Source of the DNA: Octopus sinensis | Lineage: Eukaryota | Length of the DNA: 64,000 nt | NCBI RefSeq assembly: GCF_006345805.1 | Contig: NC_043001.1 | Coordinates: 111,228,001 to 111,292,000, forward strand | Direction of reading: 5' to 3' | Part shown: positions 24,894 through 38,810 of the stretch, one piece after another | How the letters are laid out: the number at the start of each line of letters is the position of its first letter | Numbering within the stretch: the first letter of the stretch is position 1 | Position numbers and translations under genes: made by a program | Notes under the pieces: model-generated | Told to the model about the DNA's origin: nothing | What the model saw: the letters and a program-made list of their open reading frames with translations, nothing else | Database searches by the model: none

Positions 24894-25457
24894 CCTATGC
24901 ATGAGCGTGTGTGTGTGTAAGCATGTATGCTTTGTTATTTACATGTGCATGTTGAGTGCATTTCTCTATGTTTATATGTCATAACGAAAATTTATTTAAA
25001 TTCCAATAAATTAATTCGGATAGTGCTTCAGCTTCTGAAAGGATGCCCAAATTGCATATCGAGAGAGAATTATGTAGTAATTAAGTGAATTTCCGAACAA
25101 GTAAATCAATTTATATATGTAGCTAATATTCCTCGAATATTAAAATTCTTTTGACATAAGCAGTCGAATGGGAGAGCAAATATATTTAGACGTTGCCGAA
25201 AGATATAGGTTGAATAACTCCATTGAAATCTGATTGTATATATTTACGAATGAAAACTTGTTTTAGTGGAGAATTACAGCTGCATAGAAGGAAGAAAAAG
25301 CAAACTTTTTTTTAGCAAAAGCTGTAGTGGAGTTTTGCATTTGCGACGTATTGTTAGTAACTTCAATATTTTGAAATATCTCTCATTCCCTCTCTCTCTC
25401 TCTCACTCTATCTCAAATACACATAGTCATAGGCATAAATCATACAAACATACATTC

Positions 25458-25851
25458 TTTCACTCGTTTACTTGTTTCAGTCTTTTGACTGTGGCCATGC
25501 TGGACCACCGCCTTTAGACAAGCAAATCGACCCCAGGACTTATTCTTTTAAGCCTAGTACTTATTCTATCGGCTCCTTTTGCCAAACCGCTAAGTTACGG
25601 GAACGTAAACACAATAGCATCGGTTATCAAGTGATGTTGGGGGAACAAATACAGAGACACAAACACGCAAACACACACACAGACACACACACACACTCAT
25701 ATATATATATATATTATAATATATATATATATATACTAAATCCACTCATGAGGTTTTGGTTGGCCCGAGGCTATAGCAGAACACACTTGCCCAAGGTGCC
25801 ACGCAGTGGGACTGAACCCGAAACCATGTGGTTGGTAAGCAAGCAACCTAC
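25458..25851 (-). mobile_element. SINE family A
   Basis: Family A body; extreme 5' end truncated. Confidence 0.9.
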
Positions 25852-25920
25852 GTCTCCTTGTAACGTTTGTGTATAATTTGATATTATATGACATGACATT
25901 ACTTACTTGCCACGAACAAT

Positions 25921-27085
25921 TATTCCATAAATAATGCGGTTTTTTTTTCAATTCCATGAACTAAAAAGTCGGAGGAGTACGAGACGAACTAGCTGCATTG
26001 CTTTGCTATAAACGCAGGTAATAATTTTACCTTGTGCTTATTCTTAGTGCAATTTGAAGGATACAGTTCAGTTTTAACAGTTACATTTTCAAAGCTACAA
26101 TGGAAGTGACAATGGAGCATATTCGGCCTATTTTGGTTTATGAGTACCTGTGTCAAAGGTGGTTCCAGAAATTCCGAGTCGAAAAATACAGCCTAGAAGA
26201 CGAACCTCGTCTCGGAAGATTTGCAGAGCTCGACAAGGATGTTCTGGAAAACCTGATGGAACAACTCTTGAGGAACTTGCAGAGAGATTTGTATTTGGTC
26301 ATTCAACTATTCATCGACACTTGCGTGCCATTGGAAAAGTAACTTGTATCAATGGGTTCCTGACAAATTTTCTGAGTCTAATCGCATATAGAAAGTCAAT
26401 GTGTGCTCTTATTTGTTGTGACGTCTCACGAATTAACCCTTTTGGGCCGATTAATGACTGCTGACGAGAAATGGGTTCTGTATGAAAAATTTCAAACGTC
26501 GAAGACAATGTGTAGGGAAAGAAGAAACATCGGCACCCCAGGCTAAATAAGGTCTTCATCCGCGTAAGGTATTGTTATCCGTTTAGTGGGAAATGATAGG
26601 TTTAGTCTACTTTGAATTCTTAAACGCAAACCAAATGATGAAGATCTTCTGCAAAAAGATTTTGCGGCATAAATCAGCACTAAAAGAAAAACGAAAGGTG
26701 ATCTTGACTCAGGATAATGTTCGACCACATGCAGCGAGGATGACATTCCAAAGGCTGGAGCTGTTTCAATGGGAAACGTTGCCCCACATCATCCATTCCC
26801 TAGGAATTGATCCATCTAACTACCGTTTATTCCGCAGTCTTCAAAATGATTTGGGCGGTAAAAATATGAACTCTGTAGACGAAGTCAGAACAGTACTGGA
26901 GGAGTACTTTTCTTCACGGACAAGTGAATTTTGGAAGAGGGGCCTTGAAAGTCTACAACATAGATGGAAGAGCGTTTTAGAAAATATAGGCCAGTATGTC
27001 TTAGTTTAATAAAGACTTTGTTTAGATTAATTTTGAAAAATACAAGAATTATAAAAAACCGTATTACTTTTGAGATGACACAATA
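25921..27085 (+). mobile_element. Mariner transposon with pseudogenised transposase (26100-27009)
   Basis: MEVTMEHIR..QRWFQKFR..LEDEPR.GR, ADEKWVLYE, VILTQDNVRPH, PSNYRLFRSLQ, RWKSVLENIGQY*. TIR remnants taatgcggttttt / aaaaaaccgtatta. Confidence 0.9.
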
Positions 27086-27099
27086 TTATGATTATATCT

Positions 27100-27565
27100 T
27101 GGAGGATTTCCAGACTCCTTGGCTGCGATTCTATCCAGAGTTCCATTCTTATTCCTGGGAAATTTTCGCAGGGATAGGTTATTTAGGGGATGTCCGTGTG
27201 TGTTTTGATACGTGCCAAGATGGCCGTCTCCAACCAGATGTAGATATTTGGAGAATATCGAGTACTCTTAATTTGTCACCACACTAATTAACGTATGCTG
27301 GTGTGATGGTCATCTACTCGTTGTTTATATGATGTAATAGAAGCATCTTTACTTCTTTTTCTGTCAAGAACCATACTTCCACCGTGCGGAAAATACTATG
27401 TCATGCTACATAGGTTTGCAGGAACCAGTTTGGCTTCGGACCACTTACATTTCTGCTAATGAAAGTGAAAGTAGCGGTCTATTTTCATTGCCGATTTCTT
27501 ATGCAACCAACTTAGGTTTTTTCACAGGTGCTAAGTGGCAATTATCTTTCAAGACGACGCCATAC
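27100..27565 (-). mobile_element. Highly decayed RTE-like LINE remnant
   Basis: Broken translation LQTYVA..VEVWFLTEKEVKML..DKLRVLDILQ..WHV resembles the RTE RT C-terminus. Confidence 0.45.
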
Positions 27566-28109
27566 CAGAAGAAAGAAAAGGAGGAAGAGAAAGAAGAGGA
27601 AGGAGAAGAAGAAGGAGAGGAAGTAGATAAGAGGGAGAAGCAGAAGAGGAAGGGGAAGAGAAGAAGAAGAAAATGAAGGAGAAAATGAAGTAAAGGAAGA
27701 ATTGGAAGAACAACAAAAACAACAACAACTACATCCCCCACCAAAAAAGAAGAAAGAAAAAATAAACAAATAAAATAACAGAATGGTAGAAAGGAAAGGA
27801 CATCTTGGATTGGAGATTGATATTTCAAACATTTGCCGCAGGCCATGATTCCACAACAAAGGATATATATATCTAAAAGACCACACCCTACATTAAAAGA
27901 GACATGTTACACTGAGATGTAATTGCATCGTGTGTTTATATATATAAATACACGTGTGTGTGCGCGCGTGTGTACATATATACACACATATATGTGTGTA
28001 TGTATGAGTGTGTGTGTATACATATATATACACACATATACACATATATAGATATATATCATGAAATGTATTTATATATATATATATATATATACATATA
28101 TATGTATGA

Positions 28110-28182
<73 letters not shown>

Positions 28183-28208
28183 CATACTTACATACATACA
28201 TATATGTA

Positions 28209-28240
<32 letters not shown>

Positions 28241-28452
28241 ACGGGAAGCTTTATGAAAATAAACAAAGGACGAAGGCAGGTGGAATACAAACAGACAATT
28301 GTATTAGTATGGCGCTCAGGAATATGAATAAAACATGTCTTTTACGTTTCGAGCCTACGCTCTTCAACTGAAAGATACACAGAAAAGAAACACGGAAAGA
28401 AACAAGGAGAAAAAAAAAATGCGTGCAGAAGCTAGCGAATCAACATGGCGAT
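28241..28452 (-). mobile_element. Penelope-like HH-A terminal repeat
   Basis: Closely matches 4505-4710 in reverse orientation. Confidence 0.65.
28338..28375 (-). ncRNA. Minimal hammerhead-like motif HH-A (core CAGTTGAA)
   Basis: Minus strand: TCTTT-CAGTTGAA-GAGC(GTAG)GCTC-GAAACGT-A-AAAGA. Confidence 0.55.
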
Positions 28453-28458
28453 ATATGG

Positions 28459-28526
<68 letters not shown>

Positions 28527-28931
28527 GCGATATATATTGTCTTAAGTATATGAAGAGAAGAACTTGTGTTAACTTTACTGCAATTAATTTCTATTTTTAT
28601 TGTCCATTGAGCGACGGTTAACTCTGCGAATCCTCTATTAAGATTAATGGTGCCTTATCAACTAGGAAAATCTTTAATATTTCCTACAGAGGAGACATAA
28701 TCCATTAAAATCTTATGCATATTTTATATGTATGATTTTACAAGCTATTATGAAAATGATATTGCCTGACATATTTTTGTAATCGAGAAATGCGAACTGA
28801 GGAAAATTCGGCATTCAGATACTAATCTCTTAATCCTACAACAATAAGTTTATCAAGGTTCATTTTTTTCAAGTCAAATGGGTTGAAAATAGTACCAGAA
28901 TAATACCATCAAAGGCACGTTACAAATTCTT

Positions 28932-28991
<60 letters not shown>

Positions 28992-29038
28992 TATAATAAT
29001 AATAATAATAATAATAATTATAATAATAATAATAATAA

Positions 29039-29318
29039 CCGAAAATTATATGAGAATGATCCCTGGCTTACCATCCCTGCAAGAAGTGCAAAAGATTGTC
29101 TTAACTGGTACATCACACGTATTGAGAAGAGCATTGTCGATGTGAGAACTGTTGCTGCTCATGTATTTTAATTTAACTTAAAAAAAAAAAAATTTAAATG
29201 AACGAACTATTGAGTTTGGTTTTATGGCCTACCAATGTATACTATGAGTTTCTTTGCCCTAGGAGTCGGGAAGACACTCGGCAAGAAATGGAAGCAAATT
29301 TGAAAGAAGAAAAAAAAA
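29039..29318 (+). mobile_element. R4/Dong-like element subfamily 1, 5'-truncated 280-bp copy in (AAT)n
   Basis: Near-identical to the last 280 bp of the 30.8-kb and 34.8-kb copies (NYMRMIPGLPSLQEVQKIVLTGTSHVLRRALSM* plus UTR); (AAT)n on both sides. Confidence 0.95.
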
Positions 29319-29363
<45 letters not shown>

Positions 29364-29371
29364 GTAATAAT

Positions 29372-29404
<33 letters not shown>

Positions 29405-30444
29405 GAGGCGGAGGAGGAGGAGGAGGAGAAAGAGGAGGAGAAGGAGGAGGAGGAGAAGAAGGAGAAGAAAAGAAAAAGAAGAAGAAAAAGGAAAAAGAAG
29501 GAGGAGGAGGAGGAGAAGAAGAAGAAGAAAAAGAAGACGGAGAAAAAGAAGAAGAAGAAGAAGAAGAAGAAGAAGAAGAAGAAGAAGAAGAAGAAGAAGA
29601 AGAAGACGAACACCAACGACAACAACAATAGCAAAAATAACAATAAAACCAACAATTACATTCTCCACTACCAGTCAAATAAACGAACAAATAAAATAAG
29701 AGAATGGGAGAAAGGAAATGAAAATTTGGATTGGAGATTGTGAAGCATTTGCCGCGGAGCATGGTACCGCAACAAAAGATATATATTTCTCAACAAAAAA
29801 AAAAAAAACACAATTCATTAAAAATGTAAGAAGGTATGTTACACTGACAAAATGTAACTGCATTGTCTATGTATGCATGCATGTATGTATGTATGTATTT
29901 ATGTATGTATGTATGTATGTATGTATGTATGTATGTATGTGTGTGTGTCCTCGCCTACGTGGAATGTGTGTGTGTTTATATGAAATGTATTGTCTTAAGA
30001 CTAATGCATATTTTATTTTATTCAATATGAAAGGAAGGACTTGTGTAAACTTTACCGCAACTGTTTCGTATTTCTATTTTCCATTTACCGACGGCTAATT
30101 GTGACAATTCGCTATTAAAGAATAACGTAACATGTCAGCAAGGCAAGGAAAGTCTTCATATACTAGCTACAGAGGAAGCATAATCCATTAAAGTCTGATA
30201 CATATTTTATATCTATGATTGCACAATCTTTTACGACAAGGATATTGCCTCACATATTTGTAATCGAGAAATGTGGACTAAGCAAATTTGGAATTCAAGT
30301 ACTGTTCTCTTATTATAAACTTAAAACAACTTGATATCAGGGGTCATCATTTTCAAATTAAATGTGTTGAGAATAATACCTTCTCTCATAAAATGAACGG
30401 AACAATACTATCAAAGCTACACTGTGAATTGCTCTATAATAATG

Positions 30445-30516
<72 letters not shown>

Positions 30517-30767
30517 TAATAATGATAATATTAATAATAATGATAATAAGCCACCAAGCCAGCCAACGAGACAGACAGACACTACTGTGATGGTGATAAG
30601 GATAAAAAAACAAAAAAAACAATAATAAGATACTGCTGTGACTACACATAAAACAATATCATTGATGATGATGGTGGTGATAGTGAGGTTGATGATGATA
30701 ATGATGATGGTAATGGTGGTGATAATGATGATGGTGATAATAATGGTGATGATAATAACAATAATAA

Positions 30768-33700
30768 GCCGACTACGGCTGCTATAATGGTACGATTATA
30801 ATTGTAACAGCAATGATGGCCGTCTCCCCACGAGCCAATCAAAGCTAAAAAATGATAATATTATCGTAGCACCAAAATGTTTTTGGAAACTAAAAGGAAA
30901 ACTAAATCAGTATACCAAATCGCTTATCCTATGGTTAATCTGGAAGCGCGTCCCCCAGGGACCGAAAAGTCATCAACTGGCACAAACTCTTCTCCGAATA
31001 CGGACATGGATGGTCACTTGAACGGGAAATCCCCCAAGTTCACCACCAAAACCACTACAGAAAGAAAAATGTAAGCGGAACAAATGGACCCGAGAAGAGT
31101 ATAAAGAAGTAATATACGCTTATTACTATGCATTAGGTAGGCCATCTCAAGAGAGACACACCGCAAACTCTTACGGTATATGGAGAACACGGAATCAAGA
31201 CAGTAGGCCCTATTTGGACGAGAACAAATTAGCAAATGTGAGGAGGGATATCCTTAGAAATAACAGACTCACAGACAGTGAAATAAGCGCGATCAAGCAC
31301 GCAACGGAAAATGACATAAATATAAGACACAAAGGAAATGAAGAATCAGATGAACAGTATAGCCTGCCACGAGGCTTAATTGAAAGACTGCCATCTGACC
31401 AAACTACGCAAAGGCCTGAGGATACAAGAAATTCTATTGTACCTGTTAAAGATAGCCAGGAAAACGAAAAAACAACAGTAACTGAAGATCTCGCATCTGC
31501 TGAAGAACACAGAGAGTCTATGGCAGAAATGAGGCAGAAAATCCTGAATACACTTGAAGTTGTAAGACATACAAGTATGAATGATAGAGAACCATTTCAT
31601 AAGCTCTCAAATACAAACCAAAATAAAAAAACAAATCCAAATTGGCAACTATGTAACAAATGTAATAATACGAGAATTAAAACCTGATTTTACTGAGTTA
31701 AATGAAATTATTTACGCTTCTGCTAGGGCAATTGAAACTAGCTGTATGCCCCCGAAAAACAAAAAAAAACCAAACCTGGGAAGAAATCAAACCTGGAGAA
31801 GTAAAATTGAAAAAGAGATTGAATTTATGAGAGGGGAAATATCAATATTAAATGAACTAATATGTGGATATGATGTAAGATCCAGAACAGGAAGAAAGAT
31901 GAAGAGAAAATTTGGATCCTCACCAAGAGAAGAACTGATATCAATAAAAGAAACACTGAAACAAAAAGTCCAAGCAAAAGCCCAAAAAATACGAAGATTT
32001 GAGAAGAGAAACAATTTTGACAAGCAAAATAAGCTGTTCACATCCAATGCCAAAAAATTCTACAGAGAAATAGGGAAGGAGAAAGTAACCGTTAAAAGAA
32101 CCCCCTCCTACGGAAGAACTTCAAAACTTTTGGAAAAGTATTTGGAGTGACAAGAAGACGTACAACATAAGTGCAGACTGGATTATACAAACTGAAGGAT
32201 CCAACCAAAATTTACAACAACAAGCATGGGAAGACATCACAATAACAGACCTAAGAAAGGCACTCACCAAGGCCCATAATTGGAAATCCCCCGGTAAAGA
32301 TAGGGTGCCGAATTTCTGGCTCGCATCGCTCCCATGCGCACACGGTAAGCTAGTTCATCTGCTCAATGGAATTATGAGAGACCCAAAGAAAACACCTGAA
32401 TGGTTAGCAAGTGGCATTACTTACCTACTCCCAAAGAATAACGAAACCAACCTTCCAAAAAACTATCGGCCTATAACCTGTCTATCCACCACGTATAAAA
32501 TCCTAACATCTATCCTGGCGGAGAAAACATATGCATTCATGGAGAAGAACGATATTTTCCCCATTGAACAAAAAGGGTGCCGCCGAGGCTATTACAGATG
32601 CAAAGATCAACTGCTAATCAATCGTATGATCCTTGAGAACTGTCACAACAAGCGCATAAATCTCAGCACCGCATGGATTGACTATAAAAAAGGCCTTTGA
32701 CCGTATACCGCATCCATGGATCTTGAGATCGCTGGACATCTTCAAAATTTCCCCTGTGATTTCAAATTTCCTGAAGCACAATATGTCGTTGTAGAATACG
32801 AATCTCTAATTATACCACTCTAATGGAGTACTTGCCTCAGAAAATATAAACATCAACTGTGGAATTTTTCAAGGTGACTCACTTTCACCTTTAATATTCT
32901 GCATAGCCCTGATACCCCTTACAAGTGAATTAAACAGAACAGGGTATGGGTATAAAATTGCCAATAGAAAAAATAAGCCATCTATTTTATATGGATGACT
33001 TAAAACTTTATGGTAAAGACAATAATGAACTTGAAGGCCTATTGTGCACTGTGAAAGCATTCGGCGATGACATCGGGATGGAGTTTGGACTTGAGAAGTG
33101 TGCCAAGGCCACTTTCCAGAAAGGGAAAGTGAAGACCACAAATTCAGTCGTGTTAGATGTTGACACAGTCATAAGAGAGCTTGAGCAAGAACAAACATAC
33201 AAATATTTAGGGATAAATGAAGGCTCTGGTATTCAGCATGCAAGCATGAAAGAGAAGATCAGGAAGGAATGTAATAGGAGAGTTCGTGCAGTCCTGAAAT
33301 CGGAACTAAACGCACGTAACAAGGTGTTAGCTATAAATTCCTTAGCAGTTCCAGTTGTTACTTATAGCTACAATGTGTTGAACTGGAATATGAGTGAAGT
33401 AAAGAATATAGATAGGAAAATACGCAAGCTGCTGAGTTGTAATAGGATGCACCACCCAAAGGCAGACGTAGATCGCATTTACCTTCCCAGAGCCCAAGGA
33501 GGTCGAGGCCTGATCCAATTTGAACTAGCTTACAAAACAAACACAATTGGACTGGCCAAATATCTCGAAATATCGAATGACTGGATGCTAAAGCTCGTGA
33601 AAAATCACGAGAGACGAAAGAAGCTTCATTCTATCATAAAGGAAAGCAACAACTTTGCTATTGATCTCGTGCAGGATACCCAAACAGAACAAACCGAGGG

Positions 33701-34722
33701 AAGTACGGCAATTATTGTTGCAAAGAAGGTGAAAATAATGGCAACGAAAAAAGCGCACGAGCAATTGGCTGATAGGTGGGAGGAGAAACCTCTGCACGGC
33801 AAATATGTGACCCGCAGCAAACAAGCTGATGTTGACCAGAAGCAAACCCATCAGTGGCTACGGAGCTCAGGGCTAAAAGCAGAGAGCGAAGGTTTCATCC
33901 TGGCTGCCTATTAACCCGGAACTAAAGCCTATTAACCCGGAATTACCAGGCCAATGTGATGAAAAATGGAGCAGACCCAAAATGCCGATTCTGCAACGAC
34001 ATGATTGAAACAGTGGACCACCTAATCTCTGGATGTAAAGTCCTAGCTCCAGTGGAGTATAAATTAAGACATGACAGAGTTGGCCAATATCTCCACTGGC
34101 TAATAAGTCGGCATTACAATATCAAAACTGCCGACAAGTGGTATAATCACCACCCTGAGGCTGTAACTGAAGGAGAAAATGTAACCATTCTGTGGGACTT
34201 TCCAGTACATACAGACCGAACCATCAAGGCCAATAAACCAGATATTGTTGTGAAAGACCAAAACAATAAAGTTTGCTTATTGATCGACATGAGCATCCCC
34301 TGTGATCATAATATCTCAGCGAAAGAGTTTGACAAGGTCAGAAAATATAAAGACCTACTCATTGAAATTGAGAAAATGTGGCATCTCAAGGCGGTTACAA
34401 TACCAGTGATCGTAGGAGCACTAGGAATGATCAAGAAGGGAACCGAAAATTATATGAGAATGATCCCTGGCTTACCATCCCTGCAAGAAGTGCAAACGAT
34501 TGTCTTAACTGGTACATCACACGTATTGAGAAGAGCATTGTCGACGTGAGAACTGTTGCTGCACATGTATTTTAATTTAACTTAAAAAAAAAGAAAAACA
34601 AAATGAACGAACTATTGAGTTTGGTTTAATGGCCTACCAATGTATACTATGAGTTTCTTTGCCCTAGGAGTCGGGAAGACACTCGGCAAGAAATGGAAGC
34701 AAATTTGAAAGAAGAAAAAAAA
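30768..34722 (+). mobile_element. R4/Dong-like RLE non-LTR retrotransposon subfamily 1, copy A (near full length, disrupted ORF)
   Basis: N-terminal KWTREEYKEVIYAYYY segment; RT motifs WKSPGKD, YRPITCL, QKGC, KKAFD, GIFQGDSLSPL, FYMDDLKLY (32988), YKYLG; CCHC knuckle CRFC..HLISGC; RLE KPDIV..IDMSIP..KE..K..KY; ends A-rich into (AAT)n. Confidence 0.97.
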
Positions 34723-34748
34723 GGAATAATAATGATAATATAATAATG

Positions 34749-34800
<52 letters not shown>

Positions 34801-34844
34801 TATGATGATAGTGATGGTAATGGTGAAGATAATAACAATAATAA

Positions 34845-37800
34845 GCCGACTACGGCTGCTATAATGGTACGATTATAATTGTAACGGCAATGATGCCGTC
34901 TCCCCACGAGCCAATCAAAGCTAAAAAATGATAACATTATCGTAGCACCAAAATTTTTTTGAAACTAAAAGGAAAACTAAATCAGTATACCAAATCGCTT
35001 GTCCTATGGTTAATCTGGAAGCGCGTCCCCCAGGGAAGAGCCAGCCTGGGATCGAAAAGTCATCAACTGGCACAAACTCTTCCCGAATACGGACATGGAT
35101 GGTCACTTGAACGGGAAATCCCCCAACTCGAGCCCTCCAAGTTCACCACCACAACCACCACAGAAAGAAAAATGTAAGCGGAACAATGGACCCGAGAAGA
35201 GTATAAGAAGTAATATATGCTTATTACTATGCATTAGGTAGGCCATCTCAAGAGAGACACACCGCAAACTCTTACGGTATATGGAGAACATGGAATCAAG
35301 ACAGTAGGCCCTATTTGGACGAGAACAAATTAGCAATGTGAGGAGGGATATCTTTAGAAATAACAGACTCACAGACAGTGAAATAAGTGCGATCAAGCAC
35401 GCAACGGAAAATGACATAAATATAAGACACAAAGGAAATGAAGAATCAGATGAACAGTATAGCCCGCCACGAGGCTTAATTGAAAGACTGCCATCTGACG
35501 AAACTACGCAAAGGCCTGAAGATACAAGAAATTCTATTGTACCTGTTAAAGATAGCCAGGAAAACGAAAAAAAACAACAGTAACTGAAGATCTCGCATTT
35601 GCTGAAGAACACAGAGAGTCTATGGCAGAAATGAGGCAGAAAATCCTGAATACGCTTGAAGTTGTAAGACATACAAGTATGAATGATAGAGAACCGCTTC
35701 ATAAACTCTCAAATACAAACCAAAATAAAAAACAAATCCAAATTGGCAACTATGTAACAATGAATAATACGAGAATTAAAACCTGATTTTACTGAGTTAA
35801 ATGAAATTATTTACGCTTCTGCTAGGGCAATTGAAACCAGCTGTATTCTCCCGAAGAAACAAAGAAAACCAAACCTGGGAAGAAATCAAACCTGGAGAAG
35901 TAAAATTGAAAAAGAGATTGAATTTATGAGAGGGGAAATATCAATATTAAATGAACTAATATGTGGAAATGATGTAAGATCCAGAACAGGAAGAAGATGA
36001 AGAGAAAATTTGGATCCTCACCAAGAGAAGAACTGATATCAATAAAAGAAACGCTGAAACAAAAAGTCCAAGCAAAAGCCCAAGAATACGAAGATTTGAG
36101 AAGAGAAACAAGTTTTAACAAGCAAAATAAGCTGTTCACATCCAATGCCAAAAAATTCTACAGAGAAATAGGGAAGGAGAAAGTAACCGTTAAAGACCCC
36201 CCTCCCATGGAAGAAGTTCAAAACTTTTGGGAAAGGATTTGGAGTGACAAGAAGACGTACAACATAAATGCAGACTGGATTATACAACTGAAGGATCCTA
36301 CCAAAATTTACAACAACAACAAGCATGGGAAGACATCACAATAGCAGACCTAAGAAAGGCACTCACGAAGGCCCATAATTGGAAATCCCCCGGTAAAGAT
36401 AGGGTGCCGAATTTCTGGCTCGCATCGCTCCCATGCGCACACGGTAAGCTAGTTCATCTGCTCAATGGAATTATGAGAGACCCAAAGAAAACACCTGAAT
36501 GGTTAGCAAGTGGCATTACTTACCTACTCCCAAAGAATAACGAAACCAACCTTCCAAAAAACTATCGGCCTATAACCTGTCTATCCACCACGTAAAATCC
36601 TAACATCTATCCTGGCGGAGAAAACATATGCATTCATGGAGAAGAACGATATTTTCCCCATTGAACAAAAAGGGTGCCGCCGAGGCTCTTACGGATGCAA
36701 AGATCAACTGCTAATCAATCGTATGATCCTTGAGAACTGTCACAACAAGCGCAGAAATCTCAGCACTGCATGGATTGACTATAAAAGGCCTTCGACAGTA
36801 TACCGCATCCATGGATCTTGAGATCGCTGGACATCTTTAAAATTTCCCCTGTGATTTCAAACTTCCTGAAGCACAATATGTCGTTGTAGAATACGAATCT
36901 CCAATTATACCACTCTAATGGAGTACTTGCCTCAGAAAATATAACATCAACTGTGGAATTTTTCAAGGTGACTCACTTTCACCTTTAATATTCTGCATAG
37001 CCCTAATACCCCTTACAAGTGAATTAAACAGAACAGGGTATGGGTATAAAATTGCCAATAAAAAATAAGCCATCTATTTTATATGGATGACTTAAAACTT
37101 TATGGTAAAGACAATAATGAACTTGAAGGCCTATTGCGCACCGTGAAAGCATTCAGCGATGATTGGGATGGAGTTTGGACTTGAGAAGTGTGCCAAGGCC
37201 ACTTTCCAGAAAGGGAAAGTGAAGACCACAAATTCAGTCGTGTTAGATGTTGACACAGTCATAAGAGAGCTTGAGCAAGAACAGACATACAAATATTTAG
37301 GGATAAATGAAGGCTCTGGTATTCAGCATGCAAGCATGAAAGAGAAGATCTGGAAGGAACGTAATAGGAGAGTTCGTGCAGTCCTGAAATCGGAACTAAA
37401 TGCACGTAACTAGGTGTTAGCTATAAATTCCTTAGCAGTTCCAGTTGTTACTTATAGCTACAATGTGTTGAACTGGAATATGAGTGAAGTAAAGAATATA
37501 GATAGAAAAATACGCAAGCTGCTGAGTTGTAATAGGATGCACCACCCAAAGGCAGACGTAGATCGCATTTACCTTCCCAGAGCCCAAGGAGGTCGAGGCC
37601 TGATCCAATTTGAACTAGCTTACAAAACAACCACAATTGGACTGGCCAAATATCTCGAAATATCGAATGACTGGATGCTAAAGCTCGTGGAAAATCACGA
37701 GAGACGAAAGAAGCTTCATTCTATCATCAAGGAAAGCAAAAACTTTGCTATTGATCTCGTGCAGGATACCCAAACTGAACAACCCGAGGGAAGTACGGCA

Positions 37801-38810
37801 ACTATTGTTGCAAAGAAGGTGAAAATGATGGCAATGAAAAAAGCGCACGAGCAATTGGCTGATAGGTGGGAGGAGAAACCTCTGCACGGCAAATATGTGA
37901 CCCGCAGCAAACAAGCTGATGTTGACCAGAAGCAAACCCATCAGTGGCTGCGGAGCTCCGGGCTAAAAGCAGAGAGCGAAGGTTTCATCCTGGCTGCTCA
38001 AGACCAAAGTCTATTAACCCGGAACTACCAGGCCAATGTGATGAAAAATGGAGCAGACCCAAAATGCCGATTCTGCAACGACATGATTGAAACAGTGGAC
38101 CACCTAATCTCTGGATGTAAAGTCTTAGCACCAGTGGAGTACAAATGAAGACATGACAGAGTTGGCCAATATCTCCACTGGCTAATAAGTCGGCATTACA
38201 ATATCAAAACTGCCGACAAGTGGTATAATCACCACCCTGAGGCTGTAACTGAAGGAGAAAATGTAACCATTCTGTGGGACTTTCCAGTACATACAGACCG
38301 AACCATCAAGGCCAATAAACCAGATATTGTTGTGAAAGACCAAAACAATAAAGTTTGCTTATTGATCGACATGAACATCCCCTGTGATCATAATATCTCA
38401 GCGAAAGAGTTTGACAAGCTCAGAAAATATAAAGACCTACTCATTGAAATTGAGAAAATTGCATCTCAAGGCGGTTACAATACCAGTGATCGTAGGAGCA
38501 CTAGGAATGATCAAGAAGGGAACCGAAAATTATATGAGAATGATCCCTGGCTTACCATCCCTGCAAGAAGTGCAAAAGATTGTCTTAACTTGTACATCAC
38601 ACGTATTGAGAAGAGCATTGTCGATGTGAGAACTGTTGCTGCTCATGTATTTTAATTTAAACTTAAAAAAAAAAAAAAGAAAAAAAAAAATGAACGAACT
38701 ACTGAGTTTGGTTTAATGCCTACCAATATACACTATGAGTTTCTTTGCCCTAGGAGTCGGGAAGACACTCGGCAAGAAATGGAAGAAAATTTGAAAGAAG
38801 AAAAAAAAAA
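34845..38810 (+). mobile_element. R4/Dong-like subfamily 1, copy B (tandem, disrupted ORF)
   Basis: Collinear with copy A at a period of 4077 bp; same domains; followed by (AAT)n. Confidence 0.97.

Larger units (their letters stand above)
27560..30550. repeat. Ancient tandem duplication (unit 1 ~27560-29038, unit 2 ~29375-30550)
   Basis: Both units run (AAG/GAG)n, ttggattggagattg..catttgccgc, microsatellite, ctacagagg..ataatccattaaa..tgtaatcgagaaatg, (AAT)n. Confidence 0.8.

Noticed and set aside
29198-29762. Long ORFs such as 29198-29743, 41664-42449, 49362-49805 and the many YI/IY-repeat ORFs
   Set aside because: They are translations of microsatellites that lack stop codons; there is no coding signal.
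30768-30860. HDV-like ribozyme at the 5' end of the R4/Dong copies
   Set aside because: Only a ctcccc-acg loop resemblance; I could not build P1, P1.1 or P2.
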